Source of the DNA: Armatimonadota bacterium
GTDB taxonomy: Bacteria > Sysuimicrobiota > Sysuimicrobiia > Sysuimicrobiales > Humicultoraceae
Reading direction: 5' to 3'
Assembly: GCA_037443365.1 (NCBI GenBank)
Contig: JBBIOM010000004.1
Span: 4,352-68,351 of the forward strand
DNA: 64,000 nt
The number at the start of each line of letters is the position of its first letter. The stretch's first letter is position 1. The position numbers and the translations under genes are program-made. This document shows, piece by piece, positions 51,435 through 59,566 of the stretch. Below the pieces are notes generated by a model, which ran no database searches, was not told where the DNA came from, and saw nothing but the letters and a program-made list of their open reading frames with translations.

Positions 51435-51896
51435 GTGATGGATCCGATGGCCTTCTTCCTGCTTGTGGCCGAGTGCGACGCCGATTTCCGCGAGACGCTG
51501 CGGGAGATGACCGGCGCAGTGCGAGCCGCCCTTCCGATTGATCTTGAGGTCCAGGAAGCCACTTCGGCGAGTGAGACTCGCGTCACGCTCCAGGAACGGC
51601 GTCCCGATGCGCTGCTCCTGGACTGGAATGTGACGGCCGAGGGGACCGTGCCCTTCGTTCAAGAACTCCAGGGCCTCGCCCCCGGCATACGCATCATGGT
51701 GATGCTGCCCGAGGCGGCCGGGGAGTACCGGAGGGCCGTCTGGGCGGCAGGCGCCTGCGCGGGCATGCCGCGCGACCGCCTTGACGCCGAGTGCCTGGCC
51801 ACGGCCATCTGCATCATGCAGCGCGCCAAGATGCGCGAGACGGCGCTGCGCTCCCGCGTGAGGGAACTCTGCCCGGCTACGGCCGAAGTGCTGTGA
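51435..51896 (+). CDS. stand-alone atypical receiver-like (REC) domain protein
   Basis: FFLLVAECDADFRE...PDALLLDWNV...IRIMVMLPE...AAGACAGMPRD. An Asp sits at the phospho-acceptor position, but the conserved Thr/Ser and the Lys of the K-P motif appear to be substituted. The stop overlaps the start of the oxidoreductase gene (TGATG). Confidence 0.5.
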   Translation: MMDPMAFFLLVAECDADFRETLREMTGAVRAALPIDLEVQEATSASETRVTLQERRPDALLLDWNVTAEGTVPFVQELQGLAPGIRIMVMLPEAAGEYRRAVWAAGACAGMPRDRLDAECLATAICIMQRAKMRETALRSRVRELCPATAEVL

Positions 51897-54184
51897 TGAG
51901 GGTCTCCCGCAGGGAGTTCATGGTACTCGGCACCGGTGCCGCGGGTGCGCTGGCGGCGGCCTCTGCGCCCAGCCTGCTGCGCCGGTTCTTGCCGCCTCGC
52001 CGACGCTTCTGGTACCAGAACGCCACGACCGCCATCCCGACCGTGTGCGAGATGTGCCTGTGGCGGTGCGGCGCCATCGCACACGTTGCCGACGGCCGCG
52101 TGTGGAAGATTGACGGGCATCCCGACAACCCCAAGTCCAATGGTCGGCTGTGTGCGAGGGGCTTGGGAGGCCTGGGCGAGCTCTACGATCCCGACCGGCT
52201 CAAGAAGCCCCTGATCCGCACCGGGAAGCGGGGCGAGGGGACGTTTCGAGAGGCGTCCTGGGACGAGGCGCTCGACCTGTCGGCCAAGGCGCTGCTGGAG
52301 ATCAAGGAGCAGTACGGTCCCGAGGCCGTCGCCTTCTTCGGGCACTATGCCGGGGACAAATGGTTCGTGGACTACCTGGCGCCAGCCTGGGGGTCTCCCA
52401 ACGCCGGCAAACCCTCCGTAGCCCTGTGCACCACGCCCCGAGAGGTCGCGAGCAACCTGACCTTCGGCAGGCCGATTGGTGGCCACGAGCCGGTGGACTG
52501 GGACGATGTCCGCTACCTCGTGCTTTTCGGCACCCATATCGGCGAGAACGCCCACAACACCATGATGCAGCAGTTCGCCGCAGCCCGGGCCCGGGGCGCC
52601 AAGGTCGCTGTCGTGGATCCTCGCTTCTCCACGGTGGCCTCTAAGGCCGACCGGTACCTGCCGATCAAGCCCGGCACCGACACCGCGCTGCTGCTTGCCT
52701 GGATGCACTGGCTCATCGCCCGCGGCCACTACGACGCTGATTACATAGCGCGGTACGCCGAGGGCTTCGACAAACTTGCCGAGCACGTGAAGCCCTTCAC
52801 GCCGGAGTGGGCCGCGAAGATCACCGATCTACCGGTCGAGCAGGTCGTGGAGGTCGCGAAGGACCTCTGCCGCTATCGGCCGCAGGCGGTCCTGGTGCCC
52901 GGCCGGCACGTGGTGTGGTACGGCAACGACACCCAGCGGATGCGGGCGCTGTACCTGGTCAACATCCTGCTGGGCAACTACGGCCGGCGCGGCGGGTTCT
53001 ACATCGCGGAGTCGCCGTACATCGAGGACTACCCGCTGCCGCCGTTTCCTATCGGATCCGAAGCGGGCGGCTGAGCAGGTCCTGCGCCCTCCGGTCCGGA
53101 GGGCCCCTCAGATCGGAAGCCGCGCGCCGACGGGCAGGGAGCGCGGTTCCTGCGGGGCGGCGTCGCCATCCAGGAACTGGTCGAGCCCATGGTCTCGGGC
53201 CAGCCGTACCCGATCAAGGGCCTGGTGAGCTACGCCGTCAACCTGTTCCACACCCTTCCGAATCCGGCACGCACACGCGAGGCCCTGGAGCGGCTCGACT
53301 TCCACCTGGCCATAGACATCCTGCCGCAGGAGCACACGCGCTGGGCCGACGTCGTGCTCCCCGAGTGCACCTATCTCGAGCGCTACGACGACCTCATCAC
53401 CGTGGCCCACAAGCGGCCCTTCATCGCGCTGCGGCAGCCTGTCGTTCAGCCCATGCACGACACCAAGCCGGGCTGGTGGATCGCCCGCGAACTGGGGCTC
53501 CGCCTGGGGCTGGAGCAGTACTTCCCCTGGAAGACGATCGAGGAGTACCTGGAGCAGCGCCTCAACTCGGTGGGCCTCACGCTGGAGGAGATGAAGCAGA
53601 AGGGCGTCAGCATCCAGAAGGGCCGGCCGTACCTGGAGGACTGGGAGGGGAGAGGGACGCCCTTCAAGATGACCGGGGGCAAGATCGTGATCTACTGCGA
53701 AGAACTCGCGAAGGCTGGGCACGATCCGCTGCCCCGCTACGAGCCGACCCCCGAGCCCCCAGAAGGGTACTTCCGGCTCATCTATGGCCGCGCGCCCGTC
53801 CACACTTTCGCGCGCACGCAGAACAACCCGGTGCTCGCCCGGCTGATGGCCGATAACGAGGTCTGGATCAATCGCGAGGCGGCCGCCGATCTCGGCCTCG
53901 CCGACGGTGATCGCGTCATGCTGGTCAACCAGGATGGCGCCAGGAGCGGGCCGGTCAGGGTGCGGGCCACCTCGCGCATCCGCAGGGACTGCGTCTACAT
54001 GGTGCACGGTTTCGGCCACAACGCCCCTGGGATGCGCCGGGCCCACGGTCGAGGGGCCAGCGATACGGCACTGCAAACCCGTTATGCCATCGACCCGATC
54101 AGCGGTGGAGCCGGGTTGCGAGTCAACTTCGTCCGGCTGGAGCGGGGCAGCCGCACATCGCACCGCGCGGCCGGGAGGGCGTAG
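51896..54184 (+). CDS. Tat-exported PsrA/PhsA-type molybdopterin oxidoreductase catalytic subunit, predicted selenoprotein (UGA = Sec at codon 393)
   Basis: Twin-arginine signal MRVSRREFMVLGTGAAG and Fe-S motif CEMCLWRCG...C. A Cys in SVALCTTPRE (codon 178) sits at the expected Mo-ligand position. Track ORFs 51791..53074 and 53189..54184 share a frame and are joined by one TGA (53072-53074), with no other stop between them. Family-like sequence (GVAIQELVEPMVSGQPYPIKGL) begins upstream of the second ORF's ATG, and that ATG has no Shine-Dalgarno sequence. C-terminal motif ADVVLPECTYLERYD. Confidence 0.8.
53071..53111 (+). promoter_or_regulatory. SECIS-like RNA structure immediately 3' of the in-frame UGA
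   Basis: An 11-nt spacer follows the UGA. GCCCUCC(G) at 53086-53093 pairs with (C)GGAGGGC at 53097-53104, giving 7-8 bp and a loop GGUCC/GUC that contains GU. A minor hairpin GCAG-GUC-CUGC lies at 53075-53085. The outer helix CUGAG (53071-53075) / CUCAG (53107-53111) includes the UGA. Third-position GC content drops locally. Confidence 0.6.
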
Positions 54185-54187
54185 GCG

Positions 54188-54760
54188 ATGGCGCGCTTTG
54201 GGATGGCGGTGGACCTCGATCGGTGCGTCGGTTGTCAGGCCTGCGCGGTAGCCTGCGCTGTGGAGAACGAGGTTCCCGAGGGCTTCGCGCGCCGGAGGGT
54301 AGGCGAGGTGGTCGCCGGTTGGGACCTCGACGACCTGCGTCTCCAGTTCCTGCACATGCAGTGCTACCACTGCGCCAACCCCCCCTGCATCCTGGTCTGC
54401 CCCACCGGCGCGACCTACATCAACCGCGACGGCCTCTGCCTTGTGGACTACAACATCTGCATCGGCTGCCGGGCATGCGTCTCCGCCTGTCCCTACGGGA
54501 TGCGCTACCCGCATCCGCGCGGCTTCGTGGACAAGTGCTCCATGTGTGACCACCGGATCCACAGCGACCGTCATCCGGCCTGCGTCGAAGCGTGCCCCGC
54601 AGGAGCACTGGTCTTCGGTGACCTCGACGACCCGAACAGCGCCATCAGCCAGGCCGCCGCCGCGGCAAGCCGCGTCGAGGCAGACCGCCCAGAGACCGGC
54701 GCCCGGCCCAAGTTCCTCTTCCTCAACGCCCGGGTCAGTCCGCAGGAGGTGCGTCGGTGA
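54188..54760 (+). CDS. 4Fe-4S ferredoxin-type electron-transfer subunit (PsrB/PhsB-like)
   Basis: Four Cys groups: CVGCQACAVAC, CYHCANPPCILVCP, CIGCRACVSACP and CSMCDHR...CVEACP. Confidence 0.85.
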   Translation: MARFGMAVDLDRCVGCQACAVACAVENEVPEGFARRRVGEVVAGWDLDDLRLQFLHMQCYHCANPPCILVCPTGATYINRDGLCLVDYNICIGCRACVSACPYGMRYPHPRGFVDKCSMCDHRIHSDRHPACVEACPAGALVFGDLDDPNSAISQAAAAASRVEADRPETGARPKFLFLNARVSPQEVRR

Positions 54761-55683
54761 TCGAACTTCGCGACTCGGTCCTCAACACAACACTCCATCT
54801 GTGGGGCTGGGAGGTGGCGGTCTACCTGTTCCTGGGCGGCCTGGCAGCCGGGCTGCTGATCTTCGCCTCATCGGCGCACCTGGCCGGCCGTCGGCGGGAG
54901 TACTACCCAGCGGTCCGCGCGGCGACGCTGTGGACCCCGCCGATCATCCTGGTCGGCTTGGTCTCCCTCTGGCTCGACCTGGGCAGCAAGTGGAACCCGT
55001 TCTGGTTGTACCTGACCTTCCGGCCGTTGAGCCCGATGTCGTGGGGCGCCTGGATCCTGATCGCGGTGCTGCTCACCTCCTCGCTGGCCTCGGTCCCGGC
55101 GATCGCCGCACGAGGGGCATGGCCATGGCATCGGTCGAGAACAGCCCTAGACCGCCTCGCGCGATGGGTGGGGCCGCGCGTGCGCACGCTCTCTTGGTGG
55201 AATCTTGGCATGGGCGTGGCCCTGGGGGTCTATACCGGCGTCCTCCTCGGGACCATGGTCGCGCGCCCGGCGCTCAACAGCCCGCTGCTCGGCCCGCTGT
55301 TTCTGGTCTCCGGAGCATCTACCGCCGGGGCCCTGATCGTGATCCTCATCCCCGGCGGGCCGTGGGGTCGCCTGCTGACCCGTGCCGAGGTGGCAGTGAA
55401 ACTGATCAAGTTCTCGATGCTCGGGCTGTATCTGGTTGGCCTGGCGACCTCCACCGCCTATGCACAGGCCGCCGCCGCCACGCTGGTAGCCGGTGCCTGG
55501 GCCTGGGTATTCTGGCCGGTCGTCGTGGTGGCAGGCGTGCTGGCGCCTCTGGGGATCGCGCTGGCTGAGATCGTCACACACCGTGTCAGCCGCGCCCTGG
55601 CACTGCTATCCAGTTCGATGGTCCTGGCAGGCGGGCTGGCTCTCAGGATCGTGCTGGTGTACGCCGGACAGCGCGGATTCTGA
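54757..55683 (+). CDS. NrfD/PsrC-type integral membrane quinol-interacting subunit
   Basis: About 8 predicted TM helices, N-terminal WGWEVAVYLFLGGLAAG motif, GTGA overlap with the ferredoxin subunit gene. Confidence 0.75.
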   Translation: MIELRDSVLNTTLHLWGWEVAVYLFLGGLAAGLLIFASSAHLAGRRREYYPAVRAATLWTPPIILVGLVSLWLDLGSKWNPFWLYLTFRPLSPMSWGAWILIAVLLTSSLASVPAIAARGAWPWHRSRTALDRLARWVGPRVRTLSWWNLGMGVALGVYTGVLLGTMVARPALNSPLLGPLFLVSGASTAGALIVILIPGGPWGRLLTRAEVAVKLIKFSMLGLYLVGLATSTAYAQAAAATLVAGAWAWVFWPVVVVAGVLAPLGIALAEIVTHRVSRALALLSSSMVLAGGLALRIVLVYAGQRGF

Positions 55684-55786
55684 ACCGCGAAGGGAGGGAG
55701 ACAGACTACTACCCGCATCCAGTTCGTCACGTGAAGGCCGCTCGTGAACGAGCCCGACAACAACCATGCTTCAGGGAGGGAGTTTG

Positions 55787-56236
55787 ATGAAGAGAGCACA
55801 CCTGGTCATTCTCGGCCTGGCCATCGCCATGGTCGTGGCAGCGCCGGCCGTCAGCAGGGAGTGGATCGAGCGGCCGTTCGTGACAGCCGCCGAGCGGATG
55901 CTGGCGACAATGCCGGCCGACTTCTTCCAGATGGATCCGACGGCTGTCCAGCGGCTGATGGAGACCGCTCAGCCGCTGATCCTCGACGTGCGTGAGAAAG
56001 CGGAGTGGGACGCCGAGCGCATCGCCGGCTCGGTGCACGTGCCGATCCGCGAGTTGGCCAAGTTCATTGACAGGCTGCCCGACAGCAGGGGTGCACCGAT
56101 CGTGGCCGTGTGCAAGATCGGCTACCGCGGCGGGATCGCCATGACGATGCTGCGCATGTGGGGGTACACCAACGTGCGCGCGATGCGCGGCGGGCTCGAC
56201 GCCTGGAAGGCCGCCGGGCTGCCCGTGACCAAGTAG
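55787..56236 (+). CDS. exported single-domain rhodanese (sulfurtransferase)
   Basis: Signal peptide MKRAHLVILGLAIAMVVAAPAVS, active-site loop CKIGYR (C-x4-R), and a LDVRE motif. ATG 55787 follows GGGAGGGAG. Confidence 0.75.
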   Translation: MKRAHLVILGLAIAMVVAAPAVSREWIERPFVTAAERMLATMPADFFQMDPTAVQRLMETAQPLILDVREKAEWDAERIAGSVHVPIRELAKFIDRLPDSRGAPIVAVCKIGYRGGIAMTMLRMWGYTNVRAMRGGLDAWKAAGLPVTK

Positions 56237-56269
56237 CACCGGGCCCGGGACATAGGATCGTCCAACACC

Positions 56270-56306
56270 GCGGTCCCGGGAGGGTTCCTCCCGGGACCGC
56301 CCCTTT
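56270..56306. terminator. bidirectional intrinsic terminator between convergent genes
   Basis: Perfect 14-bp stem GCGGTCCCGGGAGG (56270-56283) / CCTCCCGGGACCGC (56287-56300) with loop GTT, followed by CCCTTTG. Confidence 0.7.
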
Positions 56307-56321
56307 GCGCGACAATCCGTG

Positions 56322-56774
56322 CTAGATCCTGATGTCAACGATCGCCGAGACGCCCACTCCCTGCACGCGCCGCAGCGACTCCCATGGCTTGAGGTTGTCC
56401 ACGGGCACCAGCGCCTTGATGCGGAACGCCGCCTGGAAGTCCGCCTCAAGCATGGCCACGGCCTGCACGCGGTCAACCGCGGTCTTGGGCCCGGCGACCT
56501 GGGCGGCCCCCACGTACGCGCCCCCGGGCGAGGACGTGCCGATTGCGATGCTCAGGATGGGCACGACCTTCGTTTGCTCGCGCACCGCCACGCCGCGGTT
56601 CTGCAGGAGGTCGTTGATGAACGAGTTGATCTGGGGAGCGAACGTGCGCACGGCGTACCCGATGCCCAGCGTCTTGATGATGCCGAATATGTCCTGCCCG
56701 CTGACACCGACGGCCGTCACCCCGACAAGTGCCGCCACCGCAAGAATCACCGTCCCGGCGCGTGCCATTCGCAT
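56322..56774 (-). CDS. hypothetical exported protein (150 aa)
   Basis: Signal peptide MRMARAGTVILAVAALVGVTAVGVSG. Third codon positions are G/C-rich. I recognise no family. Confidence 0.45.
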   Translation of the reverse strand: MRMARAGTVILAVAALVGVTAVGVSGQDIFGIIKTLGIGYAVRTFAPQINSFINDLLQNRGVAVREQTKVVPILSIAIGTSSPGGAYVGAAQVAGPKTAVDRVQAVAMLEADFQAAFRIKALVPVDNLKPWESLRRVQGVGVSAIVDIRI

Positions 56775-56905
56775 TGTTCGCCTCCTGACGCCCGAGGTGC
56801 GCGGGTTTGTTGTGGTTCTCTACCGGTGTTACGCAGCGCGGCCGCGGCATGTTCCCGAGGCCGTGCGGATCAACAGCAAGCACCCTGCTGTGGTAGCATG
56901 ATGGG

Positions 56906-59566
56906 GTGACCCGCGATTCCTCGCTCACACCGATGATGCGCCAGTATCAGGAGCTGAAGGCCCGCCATCCGGGCGCGCTTCTCATGTTCCGGCTGGGCGA
57001 CTTCTACGAACTGTTCTTTGACGACGCGCGGGTGGCGGCGCGTGAGCTCGAGATCGTGCTGACCTCGCGCGAGGTGGGCAAGGGGCGGCGCGTGCCGATG
57101 TGCGGGGTTCCCCACCACGCGTTGACCGGCCACCTGGCGCGGCTAGTGGAACGCGGGTACAGGGTGGCCATCTGCGACCAGGTCGAGGACCCGCGCAAGG
57201 CCCGTGGGCTGGTTCGACGGGAAGTGACGCGCGTCGTGACGCCCGGCACCGTCATGGACGCCGCGCTGCTTCCGGCGCGCGAGCATCGCTATCTGGCTTC
57301 GTTGGGGGGCGGCGATGGCGCCTGGGGGCTGGCCGCGGTGGATCTCTCTACCGGCGACTTCCTGGCGACGGAGATTCGGGGCCCGGACGCGGACCGCCGC
57401 CTAGCCGACGAGTTAGCCCGGCTGGATCCGCGCGAGATCCTGGTCCCCGCCGGCGCTGTCCCGTCCGGCGGGGAAGGTGGGGCGGAGCAGATCGCCTCGG
57501 GCCGGTGGACGCAGTACGACGCCTGGCGCTTCGATCCCGGGGTGGCGCGTCGGGCCCTGCGCGAGCACTTCGGCGTTGCCACGCTGGATGGCTTCGGCTG
57601 CGAGGGGCTGGCCCTGGCCACGTCCGCGGCCGGCGCGCTGGTCGGGTACCTCCGGGGGACGCAGCAGGGTCCGCTTGCGCACCTGCGCGGTCTTCGCGTG
57701 TACTCCAGCGAGTCGGTCCTCGACGTGGACGAGATAACGCGCCGGAACCTCGAGCTCCTGCGCGGGCGCGGCGACGGCGGCACCCGCCACACCCTGATCG
57801 GCGCGCTGGACGAAACCGCGACCGCCATGGGCGGGCGGCTGCTCAGGGAGTGGCTGCTGCGCCCGCTCGTTGAGCCGGAAGGCATCGCGTCCAGGCACGC
57901 CGCCGTGGGCGCCGCGCTTGGGGAGCGCGGACGCAGGGAGACCGTGCGCAAGACGCTGCGCGCGATGCCTGACATCGCGCGCCTGGTGGGCAGGATCGGC
58001 CACGGGTCGGCAGGGCCCCGCGACCTATGCGCCCTGCGCGAAGGGCTCAATCTGCTCCCGGCGCTGCGCGCGGAGGTGGAACGCCTGCCCGACGCGCGCT
58101 TTGCCCGCCTGGCAGGGGCGATGGACCCGCACGCCGATGTCGCTGATCACATCGCCAGGGCCCTCGTGGACGATCCCCCAGCCGGGTTGCGCGACGGCGG
58201 GTTGATCCGGGAGGGGTACGATCCGGCGCTCGATCGGCTCCGCGAGGCCGCCTCGGGCGGCAAGGCCTGGATAGCCGGCCTGGAGGCCTCCGAGCGCGAG
58301 CGCACCGGCATTCGCTCTCTGCGCGTGGGCTTTAACAAGGTCTTCGGGTACTACATCGAGGTCTCCAACGCCAACCGTCACCTGGTGCCGGAGGAGTACA
58401 TTCGCAAGCAGACGCTGACCGGCGCCGAGCGCTACATCACGCCCGAGATGAAGGAGCGCGAGGCCGCCATCCTGGGAGCCGAGGAACGCATCGCCGCGCT
58501 CGAGCTCGAGCTGTTCGCCGCGCTGCGCGGGTCGGTGGCCGGCCGCGCCCACTCCCTGCTGGAGGCGGCCGCGGCGCTGGCCGAGGCCGATGTGCTGCTG
58601 GCGCTGGCCGAGGGCGCAGAGAGGTGGGGCTACGTCAGGCCGGAGATCACGGCCGAGCCGGTGCTCGATATCCGTGAGGGAAGACACCCGGTCCTGGAGC
58701 GCCTGCTGGAAGGCGAGCGGTTCGTGCCCAACAGCCTGAGCCTGGACGTGCGCGACCGAGGGCTGCTGATCGTCACGGGCCCCAACATGGCGGGCAAGAG
58801 CACGCTGCTGCGTCAAGCGGCGCTCATCACGATCATGGCGCAGATGGGCTCGTTCGTCCCGGCCGCCTGGGCGCGCATCGGTGTAACCGACCGGATCTTT
58901 ACGCGGGTGGGCGCCACGGACGAAATCGCCTCGGGCCGGAGCACCTTCCTGGTGGAGATGCAGGAAGTGTCGCGCATACTGCACGGCGCCACCGGGCGCA
59001 GCCTGATACTCCTGGACGAGGTCGGGCGCGGAACGAGCACCTACGACGGCATGAGCCTGGCCTGGGCCGTGGTCGAGTACCTTCACGACCGCATCGGCGC
59101 GCGCACGCTGTTCGCCACGCACTTCCACGAGCTCACGGAGCTGGCGGAGATGCTGCCCCGCGTGCACAACATCGCCATGCAGGTGCAGGAGCAGGGGGAG
59201 CGGATAGTGTTCCTCCACACGGTGGCCGAGGGGCGGGCCGACCGGTCGTACGGCATTCACGTCGCGCGACTGGCCGGAATCCCAGACGAGGTCATCGCGC
59301 AGGCGCGCCGCATCCTGGCGCAGCTCGAGGCGGCCGCGGCCCGACCCGGCGAGGCCGATGCCCCGCCCACGCCCTCGCGGGCGCGGCGGTCCAGGCAGTT
59401 GCCGCTGGCCCTCGAGCTCGCCTCCCCCCTCGAGGAGGAACTCCTGGACCTGGCCGTCGAGACCATGACCCCGCTGGAGGCGCTGCGGGTTTTGGCTGAC
59501 CTGCGCGAGCGAGCGCGCGTGCGGCGCTCCGGATCCTCGGACCGCCGCGAACGGCGCCTGCAATGA
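56906..59566 (+). CDS. mutS: DNA mismatch repair protein MutS
   Basis: TPMMRQYQELK...GDFYELFFDDA N-terminus, Walker A GPNMAGKST, LLDEVGRGTSTYDG. Confidence 0.95.
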   Translation: MTRDSSLTPMMRQYQELKARHPGALLMFRLGDFYELFFDDARVAARELEIVLTSREVGKGRRVPMCGVPHHALTGHLARLVERGYRVAICDQVEDPRKARGLVRREVTRVVTPGTVMDAALLPAREHRYLASLGGGDGAWGLAAVDLSTGDFLATEIRGPDADRRLADELARLDPREILVPAGAVPSGGEGGAEQIASGRWTQYDAWRFDPGVARRALREHFGVATLDGFGCEGLALATSAAGALVGYLRGTQQGPLAHLRGLRVYSSESVLDVDEITRRNLELLRGRGDGGTRHTLIGALDETATAMGGRLLREWLLRPLVEPEGIASRHAAVGAALGERGRRETVRKTLRAMPDIARLVGRIGHGSAGPRDLCALREGLNLLPALRAEVERLPDARFARLAGAMDPHADVADHIARALVDDPPAGLRDGGLIREGYDPALDRLREAASGGKAWIAGLEASERERTGIRSLRVGFNKVFGYYIEVSNANRHLVPEEYIRKQTLTGAERYITPEMKEREAAILGAEERIAALELELFAALRGSVAGRAHSLLEAAAALAEADVLLALAEGAERWGYVRPEITAEPVLDIREGRHPVLERLLEGERFVPNSLSLDVRDRGLLIVTGPNMAGKSTLLRQAALITIMAQMGSFVPAAWARIGVTDRIFTRVGATDEIASGRSTFLVEMQEVSRILHGATGRSLILLDEVGRGTSTYDGMSLAWAVVEYLHDRIGARTLFATHFHELTELAEMLPRVHNIAMQVQEQGERIVFLHTVAEGRADRSYGIHVARLAGIPDEVIAQARRILAQLEAAAARPGEADAPPTPSRARRSRQLPLALELASPLEEELLDLAVETMTPLEALRVLADLRERARVRRSGSSDRRERRLQ

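Noticed and set aside
51791-54184. Reading the oxidoreductase as a pseudogene, or as a naturally split two-gene enzyme ending at TGA 53074 and restarting at ATG 53189.
   Set aside because: This reading is disfavoured. The frames are identical and only one stop separates them. Homologous-looking sequence spans the gap, and the restart has no ribosome-binding site. A SECIS-like hairpin sits at the right distance, and selA, selB and tRNA-Sec lie next door. It remains the null hypothesis until homolog alignment or protein data are available.
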